Shown here piece by piece: positions 1-9,202 of a stretch of DNA of 64,000 bases. This stretch comes from a virus. The stretch lies in the IMG/VR virus record IMGVR_UViG_3300034685_000230, positions 1 to 64,000 of that record. The stretch is one strand, 5' to 3'. Positions within the stretch are counted from its first letter, which is position 1. The number at the start of each line of letters is the position of its first letter. The notes under the pieces were generated by a model, which ran no database searches, was not told the origin of the DNA, and worked only from the letters and a program-made list of their open reading frames with translations. Both the position numbers and the translations under genes were made by a program.

Positions 1-126
1 AGCATCCTATGGTGACTATATATTCCCATATAACGTAGCCCGATAGGGTTAATACCCCCTGGCTGAGGCTAATCAACTGAGCTTGTTAATCACAAGCTCC
101 ACCCTCTATAGGGTGGGGTAGTTGAC
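1..126 (-). ncRNA. IscB-type omegaRNA / HEARO RNA 5' portion (IS200/IS605-family element running off the left edge)
   Basis: Minus strand reads GTCAACTACCCCACCCTATAGAGGGTGGAGCTTGTGATTAACAAGCTCAGTTGATTAGCCTCAG...CTACGTT...ATAGTCACCATAGGATGCT. This matches the typical HEARO/IscB omegaRNA start and contains hairpins CCACCCT/AGGGTGG and GAGCTTG/CAAGCTC. Any associated ORF would lie outside the window. Confidence 0.75.
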
Positions 127-130
127 AATA

Positions 131-2728
131 TTATCCAATAATTACAGCTGTAAATTCACCAGGTTCTAGAATTCTATTAAAAAATAGTGTAATAGTATCT
201 GGTGAAGTTTTTTCTACATAATAATCAATTTCATCATACGGAGAATTCGTTCTCCAAACTGAAATTGTACAAGCTCTAGTATTTAAATTATGTGTTATTA
301 CATACTCAGTATTAATTCCATCACCGATAATTTCAGTATGTTTATATTTTTGCCATATAGGTATACCAGCAATAGAACCTGTTCCTGTCTGGGTTAAAAT
401 TTTTGTGTCTGTAGTAATATTACCAGCTAATCTACCTAAAGTATTAGTAGACGGTGCATATATTATATCGCCTGTTATAAATGAACTTAAACCAGTTCCA
501 CCCTTTGTCGGACCAATTGGACTACTAAAAACAGCATCGGTCAATTGACCACCATTTGTAAAATCAGTATGATTATGAGTAGCATTTGTAAAATTTTCAA
601 TTATAGGTGCTATAAGAGTTTTATTCGTCAGAGTTTGTGTTGCAGTATTGGTAGTTATAATATCGCTATTAACTTTTATTGTTCCAGTACCATTAGATAT
701 AATATTTAAACCAACATTTGCTGAACCAAGAGCTGATAGAGTAATATCTTCATCTAAAGCATTGTTTGTTAACTTTAAATATGTTGTTGCCGATGGTGTA
801 ACACCGAACATTAATAATTTATTATTATTGCTATCTGCAATATATCCTCCATCATTAAATGTCGGTGTAATCATAATAGGTGAAGTAAGTGTTTTATTGG
901 TTAAGTTTTGAACCGCAGCTAATGTTACAACAGTATCAGTAACTGCAGGAAAAGTAATTCTATTTGTTTTATCATTATCTTGGTATAAAGAATTTATAAT
1001 ATTATCAGATAATACTTTATTTATTAATGTTTGTTCATCGGATAGTGTTACAACAGTTGAATCGATTTCAATAACATTACCAATAATGTCAATACCATTT
1101 CCACCAGTATATGCAAGTGTTCCAGTACCAGACCCACTACACTGAACAAAATTAATATCAGTTGTCCACTCAATAATTGAGACATTAGAACATGTCCAAC
1201 ACGTATTAGCTAAAGTGTTACCGTCTGCTACGAATACCGTAGCATGAGCTAATTTATCAGCAGTATTTGTATCAGGTGATCTAGTCCATTCAGAAATAGA
1301 AACAATATATATACCATTTTGTGTAGCATCAGTTTGATTTTTAACTAAAACTCTATCACCTGTTACGACAGAAACCCCATCTATAATCTGTTCTCCAGAA
1401 AGTATTATATTTTCAGTTGTAGCTGCACGTACTTCAGCTTTCCACGATAAACCTGTAATAGCATTGTCAACATATGTTTTAATGGCTTTTTGTGAGGCTA
1501 TTTTTGAATCAGAGGCATATTCTCCATCTAAGTTAACATCAGTTGATAGTAGTGTGTTACTTAAATCAGAAGCCAAAATTTTAGCTGAAATTAATTCATT
1601 TAATGCTCCTACTTTTACAACACCGTTTGCATTTAAATCATTAAAAATATATTTTCCTTTTGTAGTACTAGTAGTTGTATTAAATACAAGGTTATCAGCA
1701 GAAGCTGTTCCACCTGTTAATATTTGTCCTCCAATTCTTCCAGCTAATAACATGTATTGACTATGATCGTCATCGTTTAAACCATTCAATGCTGTACCAT
1801 GATCAAGTTTTCCACCTTTAATTTCATTCGTATGATCATGCATAGCATTAGTAAAATCACTAATCGTAGGTTGTATGAGAGTTTTATTTGTTAAACTTTG
1901 AATAGCTGTATTGGTAGTTATAGTATCTGTATTAACTCTTACTACACCGGTACCCTTTGCTTTTAGCACTAAATCAATACTAGTATCATTACCATCTGGT
2001 TTAATAATAGGAGAATTTCCAGTAGTGGCATTTTCTATTGATATGCTATTTACAGCAGAAAGAGTAGAATCAAAAATTAATATTTTATTTCCAAATTCAT
2101 CAGCTATAAAATCACCGTCAATAAATTTTGGAGCCGAAAGAGTTTTATTACTAAGAGTTTGTGTTCCTGCTAGTGTTACAACCGTTGAATCAATTGTTAA
2201 TTTTTTGTTAGGACTAGTACCTGTTAGCACTAATCCTGCCCCAGTATCAATACTTATTACACCGTTATCTACTGCAATTCCGTCGCTAATTCTTACGTGA
2301 CCAAAGTTATTTTTATCTCCTGCACCATAACTATTAATAGAAGTGGCATGTGCAGGTATGTCACTTGCGTCTAAAGTATTTCCATACGTAATTGTTCCGT
2401 CTGATTCGTTTTTTATAAATCCGGCAATGTTAAACTCTGGAATTTTAATAGTTCCTTTTATATCACTAGTTGTTGATTGGATTATTAAAGTACCGTTAGG
2501 GTTGTTTCCACCTGAAATAGTCTGTCCGTTATACAATCCATCAGCCCAAAAAAGCGATCGGATTTTTTCACCGTCATAAAGTTTAATCTTTTTAGATATG
2601 GTATCTAACCATATCATTCCATCTTTTAAATTTTCAATAGAAGGATCCGTCGTTAATTTTTGCAGTGATACGTTCTGTATCTCGTTTCCTTCAAAGTTGT
2701 AGTGAGTTGCAATTAGTTTAACAGCCAT
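131..2728 (-). CDS. tail fibre / virion fibre protein
   Basis: 865 aa, Thr/Gly/Asn-rich. Repeated TQTLTNKTL motifs, a duplicated module ending in HxH (FTNAMHDH / FTNATHNH), a WK..VRAATT..GDRVLVKNQTD..QNGIY domain and C-terminal IGDG..YVITHNL. AT-rich DNA. Confidence 0.75.
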   Translation of the reverse strand: MAVKLIATHYNFEGNEIQNVSLQKLTTDPSIENLKDGMIWLDTISKKIKLYDGEKIRSLFWADGLYNGQTISGGNNPNGTLIIQSTTSDIKGTIKIPEFNIAGFIKNESDGTITYGNTLDASDIPAHATSINSYGAGDKNNFGHVRISDGIAVDNGVISIDTGAGLVLTGTSPNKKLTIDSTVVTLAGTQTLSNKTLSAPKFIDGDFIADEFGNKILIFDSTLSAVNSISIENATTGNSPIIKPDGNDTSIDLVLKAKGTGVVRVNTDTITTNTAIQSLTNKTLIQPTISDFTNAMHDHTNEIKGGKLDHGTALNGLNDDDHSQYMLLAGRIGGQILTGGTASADNLVFNTTTSTTKGKYIFNDLNANGVVKVGALNELISAKILASDLSNTLLSTDVNLDGEYASDSKIASQKAIKTYVDNAITGLSWKAEVRAATTENIILSGEQIIDGVSVVTGDRVLVKNQTDATQNGIYIVSISEWTRSPDTNTADKLAHATVFVADGNTLANTCWTCSNVSIIEWTTDINFVQCSGSGTGTLAYTGGNGIDIIGNVIEIDSTVVTLSDEQTLINKVLSDNIINSLYQDNDKTNRITFPAVTDTVVTLAAVQNLTNKTLTSPIMITPTFNDGGYIADSNNNKLLMFGVTPSATTYLKLTNNALDEDITLSALGSANVGLNIISNGTGTIKVNSDIITTNTATQTLTNKTLIAPIIENFTNATHNHTDFTNGGQLTDAVFSSPIGPTKGGTGLSSFITGDIIYAPSTNTLGRLAGNITTDTKILTQTGTGSIAGIPIWQKYKHTEIIGDGINTEYVITHNLNTRACTISVWRTNSPYDEIDYYVEKTSPDTITLFFNRILEPGEFTAVIIG

Positions 2729-2771
2729 GTGTTATTAATACCTCCACAAATATCTACTATTTGCATATTTT

Positions 2772-3356
2772 TTAACTTAAACTTGCTTTACCACTTATCG
2801 GTATATTAAATTGAATAACTGTAGTATTTAAATTTAAATGTATAATTGAACCTTCAAGTACTGAACCAGCTGAATCTGTTATTACAACATTTGGATATCT
2901 ATTTAAATAATGATTTAAAACCCAATATGTTGAAGGAGTTGATTGATTATACACATATTTTTGGGTTATTAAATCAACCTGACCTTTAGTATAATAATTG
3001 TTAATATCTTTTCCATCAACAAAATTAGAATTTTTAGCCAGATCAGCAAATTCAGCATGATTGATTTTACCATCATTATTCGAATCATATCTATTTACAA
3101 TACGGTTATAGGGGTCTTCAATCCATACTAAGTCGTAGTTTTCATCACTATTTTTACTCAGTATGTCACCAGCGTTACCTCCAGGGGGCATACCCTCACC
3201 CGAAGGTCCCTGTGCACCTTGTATACCAGGTGGTCCTTGTATACCAACTTCAATAATATCTATAATTTCGTCAATCACATCAACTATAGTACTTTCTTCA
3301 ATTAATTCAATCGTAGTATATTCATCTACTACTTCAAGTGTGGTATTTTCACTCAT
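2772..3356 (-). CDS. collagen-like repeat virion protein (fibre-associated)
   Basis: G-X-Y run GIQGPPGIQGAQGPSGEG; C-terminal YNQSTPSTYWVLNHYLNRYPNV domain; next to the fibre gene. Confidence 0.6.
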   Translation of the reverse strand: MSENTTLEVVDEYTTIELIEESTIVDVIDEIIDIIEVGIQGPPGIQGAQGPSGEGMPPGGNAGDILSKNSDENYDLVWIEDPYNRIVNRYDSNNDGKINHAEFADLAKNSNFVDGKDINNYYTKGQVDLITQKYVYNQSTPSTYWVLNHYLNRYPNVVITDSAGSVLEGSIIHLNLNTTVIQFNIPISGKASLS

Positions 3357-3357
3357 T

Positions 3358-3717
3358 TTACTCGGTCACCTCAGGTTCAACTACCCATCTACCCCTTATT
3401 AGAGTCTTAAACGGTTTTGCTGGGTCATTCCTGTAGTCTAAACTCCACAAACCGGAGTCGTAGTTAGTTAGAGTTGAAGTAACGTCCTCACCGATGTATA
3501 TTTCTATCGTACCCTCCGCCGGTACCGTGACGATCCCGTTACCCATAGTTAGGGTACAGACAACGTTGTCCTCGCCAAACTCGCGTCGAAACTGCGACTT
3601 AAACTCAAAGCCGGTTAGGTTGATCGGCTCCCTGTACTTATCCTTCCAGCGAAACTTTTTAGTAAAAATCGTTCCCCTCTCAATCTTTAAGAGAACGTTT
3701 TTGCTGGCTAACGGCAT
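3358..3717 (-). CDS. virion structural / fibre adaptor protein (BppU/LtfC-like)
   Basis: IERGTIF..FRWKD..PINLTG..KSQFR..LIRG..VVEPEVT pattern typical of small beta-sandwich fibre adaptors; gene context. Confidence 0.5.
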   Translation of the reverse strand: MPLASKNVLLKIERGTIFTKKFRWKDKYREPINLTGFEFKSQFRREFGEDNVVCTLTMGNGIVTVPAEGTIEIYIGEDVTSTLTNYDSGLWSLDYRNDPAKPFKTLIRGRWVVEPEVTE

Positions 3718-3955
3718 TGTTTAGACTCCTTATGTACTCAAAGATACGGTTAGACTCCACAGACTTCTTCGACGACCTTTTAACCCACTTCTCCCCTACC
3801 TTTTTGTAACTCTTCTCAACCGCTCCCCAAGCTTTTCTAGCGGCCTTCTCTTCTGAGTCACCGGCATCAATCGCAGACTGGTATACTTTTTTCCACATAT
3901 CGTTGGCTTTTTTAGGCAAGCCTCGGGATGACTTAGCCGAGCGTCCACAACCCAT
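3680..3955 (-). CDS. ChaB family protein
   Basis: LPKKANDMWKKVYQSA..EEKAARKAWGAVEKSYKKVGEKWV is the ChaB signature. Confidence 0.8.
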   Translation of the reverse strand: MGCGRSAKSSRGLPKKANDMWKKVYQSAIDAGDSEEKAARKAWGAVEKSYKKVGEKWVKRSSKKSVESNRIFEYIRSLNNAVSQQKRSLKD

Positions 3956-4106
3956 TAAGAATCACTCCTCTTTTTTTCGCAAACTGCAGCGTATAAACAA
4001 AACATTGGTCTTGTTAACTCTATACCGTTTGTCACGCTTCTTGTTACAATTAATTTTAGAATTGTTTAACCACATTTCTAACTCACGAACAGCCAGCTGC
4101 TAGGGT

Positions 4107-4136
4107 GTTTACTTCCCGCTGGTTTTGTGTTATAAT
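4107..4136 (+). promoter_or_regulatory. T4-early-like sigma70 promoter (GTTTAC...TGnTATAAT)
   Basis: GTTTACT, 17 nt, TATAAT with extended TG. Similar motifs at 5906-5934(+), 44259-44287(-), 45902-45931(-), 53182-53210(-), 53697-53726(-), 63762-63790(+) and 63860-63889(+). Confidence 0.7.
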
Positions 4137-4158
4137 ATAACCAAACCTTAGTAAAGGA

Positions 4159-4347
4159 GTGCATGCGGTGAGCAGTCAAAGCGGCAGCGACGAGGTAAGG
4201 GAGTGTTACTGCGACGAGTACAACTACCGTGTAGTGGAGGTTTTAAAGCACCTTCCACCAGACATTCTACTACCGTATGATTTAATGATTGCTTTACACA
4301 ACTTGCGGAAAGTATACGAGCGCGCGAATAACGTTACTACTATTTAA
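4159..4347 (+). CDS. hypothetical protein
   Basis: Short ORF after the promoter and an AAGGAG RBS. Confidence 0.4.
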   Translation: MHAVSSQSGSDEVRECYCDEYNYRVVEVLKHLPPDILLPYDLMIALHNLRKVYERANNVTTI

Positions 4348-4476
4348 AATTTAGTAAAAAAAGCTTGTAAAGCGTAGTAACAAAGTAGTGAAGGGAGTGA
4401 GCGAGACATTTTAGACGCTGAAAGGTTAGGAGTATTTCATAGGTTCTATAAGTTATTTAACGCTACCGCGCGTAAC

Positions 4477-4968
4477 ATGCTGAACCTCAGTAGGGAGAGC
4501 AAGACAGCCGTTGTTATCGTTGACTTGGCTCCCCAGTTTAACGTTCCAAAGAGTAAGAGCGAGTTTGTTGAGTCTTACCTGAGCGAGATCTACCAGCACC
4601 TAACCGACTACTACGTGTACTACACTCACGTGTACAAGCACGCCCTAAACAAAAAGATCTTTGTCGAGACTAGCGAAGACTCGTACAACTCGATCGTTGC
4701 CGTAGCGAGTGAGGTAGAGTACCTACTCACAAACGTTTTGCGCGTTAGCAAAGTTTTAGTGGTAAGTCTAGGAAAGTACAAAGAGTACTCTTACCTGAAC
4801 CGACTCTTAAAGAAGTACTACGAGGGAAACTCCGTTGCGATGAGATTTACGAGTGTTAAGCACTACTCTAACTACGTAAAAAACAGCTGGAACTTAGACG
4901 GCGACAGCTTCTCCTCCGACGTTAAGAGTATTGAGAGAAACATTAAATATTTAGAAAGCGGCGTGTAG
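4477..4968 (+). CDS. hypothetical protein
   Basis: 163-aa ORF ending 3 nt before the PolA-like gene. Confidence 0.55.
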   Translation: MLNLSRESKTAVVIVDLAPQFNVPKSKSEFVESYLSEIYQHLTDYYVYYTHVYKHALNKKIFVETSEDSYNSIVAVASEVEYLLTNVLRVSKVLVVSLGKYKEYSYLNRLLKKYYEGNSVAMRFTSVKHYSNYVKNSWNLDGDSFSSDVKSIERNIKYLESGV

Positions 4969-4971
4969 AGA

Positions 4972-6255
4972 GTGACTGATAAAGCACTGCTCGTTGACAA
5001 CTGGAACAGGGTGTTTTCCGAGTCTGTAAGTTCTAGCGGGGTAGCCGACTCAGAGAGTGTAGACCAACTCTTTAACGACTACCTAAGGCTGGTAGCGGCT
5101 AACCGCTCCTACACTCTTCGAGAAGACACGTGCTTAGTAGACAAGGTAGGGTACAAGTACTACGTGTACTTCGCTAGAAAGAGTTCGGTAGACAAAGTAG
5201 AGTTCGACGTTCGCTCTAAGCGTAAGTTCTTTTCCACCATCAGCGGTTACAGTACTGTTATAGCAAGAAACTTTCCCTTACAGGACAACTCTCAGGACGG
5301 TAAAACGATACTAAGGTACGAGGTAGTTCGCAACATTCTTACTAGCAACAACACGCACTTTTTCTCTCTAGACCTACCGTTCCCAGTCGACGACTACACC
5401 GTGTTCTTTACGGAAAATTTTTACAGACTACTACTAAGCAACTTGTCTAAGTTTAACTTACTAAAGTTTTCTAGCGCGCTCCTCAACAGCTTTGAGACCG
5501 GGTTAACCGTCGACAACTTTGTCCTAAAGCCAAGCGTTAACGTTAGCCGCTATGGTAGGTGGTACTGGTCAAACACCGAGAAGATTCAGTCTAGCCTAAA
5601 CGTTAGAAGCAAGCTTTATTCTAAGGTAGTAAAGTACGGTAGGGTGTTGAACGTTGACTTTATATCCGCCGAGCCTACCCTGCTAAGCAAGCTGTGCGAC
5701 TCCGAGCTCATGCGTAAGCTAGTAAAGTACCGCGTTGTGGTTAGGAAGTCTAACCCTGAGGTAAGCGACGCTGTAAAGAACCTGCTAAACATATACATTC
5801 ACTCAAACGACTCTCCGACTGAGGCTTTTAAAAAGTTTAAGCGTAAGTACGATTCTGAAAAGGTAGAGAGTGTGTTTGGTGTCAGTATTTTCGACATACT
5901 GAGCTGTTTACAAGATGACTTTTTGTGTTATAATAGACATGTAACTGACAGCTACAGGACTAGCCTAAGCGTTGAGGAGTTTTACCGCAGGGTAGTTAAC
6001 CCGGGAGTCTTTACATGTGACGACAGAGAGGTGATCAAGGAACATAGAAAGTTTTTACAAGGACACGTACACGACCACGTCTTAGAGTTGGCGAGACTAG
6101 TAAGCGAAGACTTAAGCGTACTACCTATATTCACGATACACGACTCACTAAGTTACTTCGTACCGAGAGACTTTGACTTGGACAGGTTAAAGGACAGCTT
6201 GAGTAAGGGTATTAAGAGATTAGGCATTTCGGCAAGAGTAGAAATTATAGACTAG
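4972..6255 (+). CDS. family A DNA polymerase-like protein (palm/fingers only, no clear exonuclease)
   Basis: YGRWYW..IQ (cf. TGRLSS..LQ), motif A VLNVDFISAEP, motif B-like KNLLNIYIHS, FLQG, motif C TIHDSL. Confidence 0.6.
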   Translation: MTDKALLVDNWNRVFSESVSSSGVADSESVDQLFNDYLRLVAANRSYTLREDTCLVDKVGYKYYVYFARKSSVDKVEFDVRSKRKFFSTISGYSTVIARNFPLQDNSQDGKTILRYEVVRNILTSNNTHFFSLDLPFPVDDYTVFFTENFYRLLLSNLSKFNLLKFSSALLNSFETGLTVDNFVLKPSVNVSRYGRWYWSNTEKIQSSLNVRSKLYSKVVKYGRVLNVDFISAEPTLLSKLCDSELMRKLVKYRVVVRKSNPEVSDAVKNLLNIYIHSNDSPTEAFKKFKRKYDSEKVESVFGVSIFDILSCLQDDFLCYNRHVTDSYRTSLSVEEFYRRVVNPGVFTCDDREVIKEHRKFLQGHVHDHVLELARLVSEDLSVLPIFTIHDSLSYFVPRDFDLDRLKDSLSKGIKRLGISARVEIID

Positions 6256-6265
6256 GAGGATTGAC

Positions 6266-7174
6266 ATGTCAATAAACAAGTATAAGAAGTTACTAGCGGA
6301 GAAGAAAAGGATCATTCAGGCTACGGCTCAACCCGGCGATGCGTTAGACAAGGTAAAGTTTGTAAACTTCTTCAACCCTAACAAGTACGTAAAGGGTAGC
6401 GGCGACTGCTTTGTCCGCGTGCTGCCGAGGAAAAACGACTTGTTTTTCTTACAGTTTAAGAAGCACAGCTTTAAAGTCGGTACGTCGTGGAAGAACGCCT
6501 TCTGCTTCTACAGCCGCGACGGTAGTGGGGAGACCGTCGGCAGCGAGTGCCCGTTCTGCGACTTTATCGAGGAAAACAAGACTAGCCTAAGCAGAGACAC
6601 GCTGTACAAGCTCAGTGCTAAGAACTCACACATGTTTTTAGTGTACAACTACCAGGCGGACGAGGTTCAGAAGTACGAGGCTAACGACTACCGCATCACG
6701 GACGTACTCACGGCCATGCAGTCTGGACTAGCGGATGACGAGACCGAAGACTTTGACGTTGATAGGGAGGGGTTTGACCTATTCTTTAAGAGGGGAGAGT
6801 CTGGGTACGCCGAAGTGTATAAGGTTGAGAGACCGTCCGTTACCATCAGTGAACTAATGAAGAGCTCGAAAAACTTTACTGAGATACCGGACTTGGAGAG
6901 AGAGGTGATCCCACCGTTCAACGACTCTACGCTGAAATCGATTAGGTCTATGCTAGAGCTAGCAGTTAGCGTGTTTGAACCAACGCTGGCTGATAAGAGT
7001 GGTGAGGGAGTAGAAAAAGACGAAGAAGAGTACGCTTTGGGCAGTACGGAAGACGAGTTTGACCCGAACGACGTAGAGTTTAGCGTTGAGGACGAAGTAA
7101 TAGAGTCGGAAGAGCTAGACGACGATGAGGACGTAGAGGACATTAAGAATTTTCTCAAGAATAGAAAGAAGTAG
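6266..7174 (+). CDS. single-stranded DNA-binding protein, gp32-like
   Basis: VRVLP..KKHSFK..FCF..ECPFC zinc-ligand pattern and a very acidic C-terminal tail. Confidence 0.75.
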   Translation: MSINKYKKLLAEKKRIIQATAQPGDALDKVKFVNFFNPNKYVKGSGDCFVRVLPRKNDLFFLQFKKHSFKVGTSWKNAFCFYSRDGSGETVGSECPFCDFIEENKTSLSRDTLYKLSAKNSHMFLVYNYQADEVQKYEANDYRITDVLTAMQSGLADDETEDFDVDREGFDLFFKRGESGYAEVYKVERPSVTISELMKSSKNFTEIPDLEREVIPPFNDSTLKSIRSMLELAVSVFEPTLADKSGEGVEKDEEEYALGSTEDEFDPNDVEFSVEDEVIESEELDDDEDVEDIKNFLKNRKK

Positions 7175-7220
7175 AGCTGTGTTAACTTAATAATAATAAT
7201 AAAAAAAAAAAAAAAAAAAA

Positions 7221-7252
7221 AAAGAGAGGGAACTTAAGTTTCCTCTCTTTTT
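7221..7252. terminator. bidirectional intrinsic terminator
   Basis: AAAGAGAGGGAAC-TTAA-GTTTCCTCTCTTTT hairpin between convergent genes, with an A23 tract to its left. Confidence 0.75.
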
Positions 7253-7274
7253 ACATAACTAAGCGCTGCTTGAG

Positions 7275-7844
7275 TCATCTTGTGAGAACAAAGTTGAAGT
7301 GTGTTGACTTAGTGAGCGCCGCAAACACCGGCACCGGGGAGGAGTTAAACTTTACACTGTACGAACTCTCCTTACCTCTAAAAACCTTGTGTGAGAACTT
7401 AACTACCGTGTCACCGATGCATACGTTTGGAGACTTGTTTGCAAAGTTAGTTAGATTCGCTACAGCTACCCACCTTAGGTTAAGCTTTGCCCTAAGAAGG
7501 TTGGCTTTCAAGTACCGGACAACTTGGTAGTTCTTGTTTATTACCGGGTAGTCTTCCGTCTGTAGTACGTTGTACTGGAATATTTCAGTATCGTTAGTAG
7601 CGTTTAGTATGATGTTTCTACTTGAAAACACGTCGACAAACCTGACCTCGTACACGTCTGTATTAGTGCTCTCCACAACTTCGTCAACTTCCGTAAAGTA
7701 GTACGTCAAGTAGTTGGGAGACGCTGCGTCCGTGTTAAACGTTAGCACTTTAGGCAGCGGTAAACTGTTTTTCTGTAAACTTAATAGATCACTTATAGAA
7801 AGTAAACCCACTTCGGTATACACGTAGTTGTTAACGCTTAGCAT
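7275..7844 (-). CDS. free-standing degenerate Hint (intein-like) domain protein
   Basis: MLSVNNYVYTEVGLLSISDL (block A-like), VYEVRF..IILNATNDTEIF (block B-like, no TxxH His), RWVAVANL, and KVFRGKESSYSVKF..HFNFVL (block F-like). No C1 and no terminal HN. Confidence 0.55.
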   Translation of the reverse strand: MLSVNNYVYTEVGLLSISDLLSLQKNSLPLPKVLTFNTDAASPNYLTYYFTEVDEVVESTNTDVYEVRFVDVFSSRNIILNATNDTEIFQYNVLQTEDYPVINKNYQVVRYLKANLLRAKLNLRWVAVANLTNFANKSPNVCIGDTVVKFSHKVFRGKESSYSVKFNSSPVPVFAALTKSTHFNFVLTR

Positions 7845-7861
7845 TAACTGACTCCTTTAGA

Positions 7862-8938
7862 CTACTCAATACCATAAAATATACTTAGTATTTTTTTAGA
7901 ATCTCTAGCCTTATCTAGCTCAGGATAACCTGTAGGTTTGTCTCCTATGTTATACATAATTCTACGCTCTAAATTGATTATATCCTCTTGTACTTTTAAC
8001 TTGTCATTAAAATCAAGCTCAATAGTATCGACTAAGTTAAAAAACGCTTTACGAGTCTCTACATCACCTAAGTATTTTTTATACTTTTCTATAATGTTTG
8101 AATTATTGTTATTTCTAGTATTCTCTAAAAATTTTCTTTTATTTATAATATATTTATTTATTCTAATTGTTTCCTTTTCAACAGGTTCCTTATAAGTTGC
8201 CCCTTTAAACGTGCTCAAGCTGATAGCGCTGGATATCATAAAGTACAGGTTAGATATGGGTCTTAGGTTAGACTCGAGTATCTTGTAGTCCCTAGCAAAG
8301 TCGCGCAGTATCTCAGCGGCTTGGGCAGTTACGTCTCCCGACGGGTTAACCTCGGTGTTTAACCTGTTAGCCAGCTCCCTCAGCAGCTTTGGCACGGCGG
8401 TGTTTGAGTAGAAGCTGTTTAGCTCCTTAGTTATTAGGTTTTTGTACTTATCGGACAGTAGTATCGCTACCATGTTTAAGGTATTGCGGAGTAGTATTTT
8501 CTCGTCATTACTCGCAACGTCGTAGTTTTCCGCGATGTCAATAAGTTCCTTGTCTACGTTTGTGTCCCTCTTCGCCCATTGGTTCATTATGTAGGAATAG
8601 GCTTTCCTAAACCTGAAGTCCTTCTCGTATATCTCGCCTATCCTGTCGACAAAGTCGGTGGACAGACTCTCCTTTACTAAGTCTAAGACACCGTCGAAAA
8701 AGTTAAAGTTAGTCAGCCCCGGACCCCTGGTTAGAAACTCTAGCCCTACCCTAGCAAAGTTCTTACCCGTTCTCTTCATTATCTTAGTTATGTAGGGTTC
8801 GGCAACGTTTTTAATTACTTTCTGCTGGTACTTGTCTAAACCAACCTCTCCGAAGGTGTTATCCCCACCCTCGTCGTCATCGTCGTCCTCGAGCAGCGCT
8901 GAGTAGTTACCCAGCCGCGCGATGTCGTCGTCGGACAT
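7862..8938 (-). CDS. hypothetical protein (probably the 3' part of a frameshifted gene starting at 9180)
   Basis: The frame stays open upstream to the A9 run at 9019-9027. Confidence 0.6.
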   Translation of the reverse strand: MSDDDIARLGNYSALLEDDDDDEGGDNTFGEVGLDKYQQKVIKNVAEPYITKIMKRTGKNFARVGLEFLTRGPGLTNFNFFDGVLDLVKESLSTDFVDRIGEIYEKDFRFRKAYSYIMNQWAKRDTNVDKELIDIAENYDVASNDEKILLRNTLNMVAILLSDKYKNLITKELNSFYSNTAVPKLLRELANRLNTEVNPSGDVTAQAAEILRDFARDYKILESNLRPISNLYFMISSAISLSTFKGATYKEPVEKETIRINKYIINKRKFLENTRNNNNSNIIEKYKKYLGDVETRKAFFNLVDTIELDFNDKLKVQEDIINLERRIMYNIGDKPTGYPELDKARDSKKILSIFYGIE

Positions 8939-9009
8939 GTATATAACACCCGTATCTGCGGACAGTACAGGTGTTACAACACCGCTACCTGAGACTACCA
9001 GCGAGGCGT

Positions 9010-9180
9010 CTACCCTACTTTTTTTTTACCCAACTCTTTCTTGAACAAGTCAACCTCCTCGGAGTTGTTGAGGAACTCCAGCACTTCCCTCTCAACTCTC
9101 TGGGAGATTAAGTTAATCTTCTCACCGTACTCCTTGACCATCTGCGTAAACTTATCGTTTCCCCACTTGGGATCAGCCAT
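9010..9180 (-). CDS. 56-aa ORF MADPKWGNDKF...ELGKKKVG (5' part of a putative frameshifted gene)
   Basis: GAGGTG RBS then ATG at 9180. Ends GGT AAA AAA AAA GTA GGG TAG; a -1 shift joins it to 7862-8938. Confidence 0.6.
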   Translation of the reverse strand: MADPKWGNDKFTQMVKEYGEKINLISQRVEREVLEFLNNSEEVDLFKKELGKKKVG

Positions 9181-9202
9181 CGTAACACCTCGGCATTCGT
9201 CG

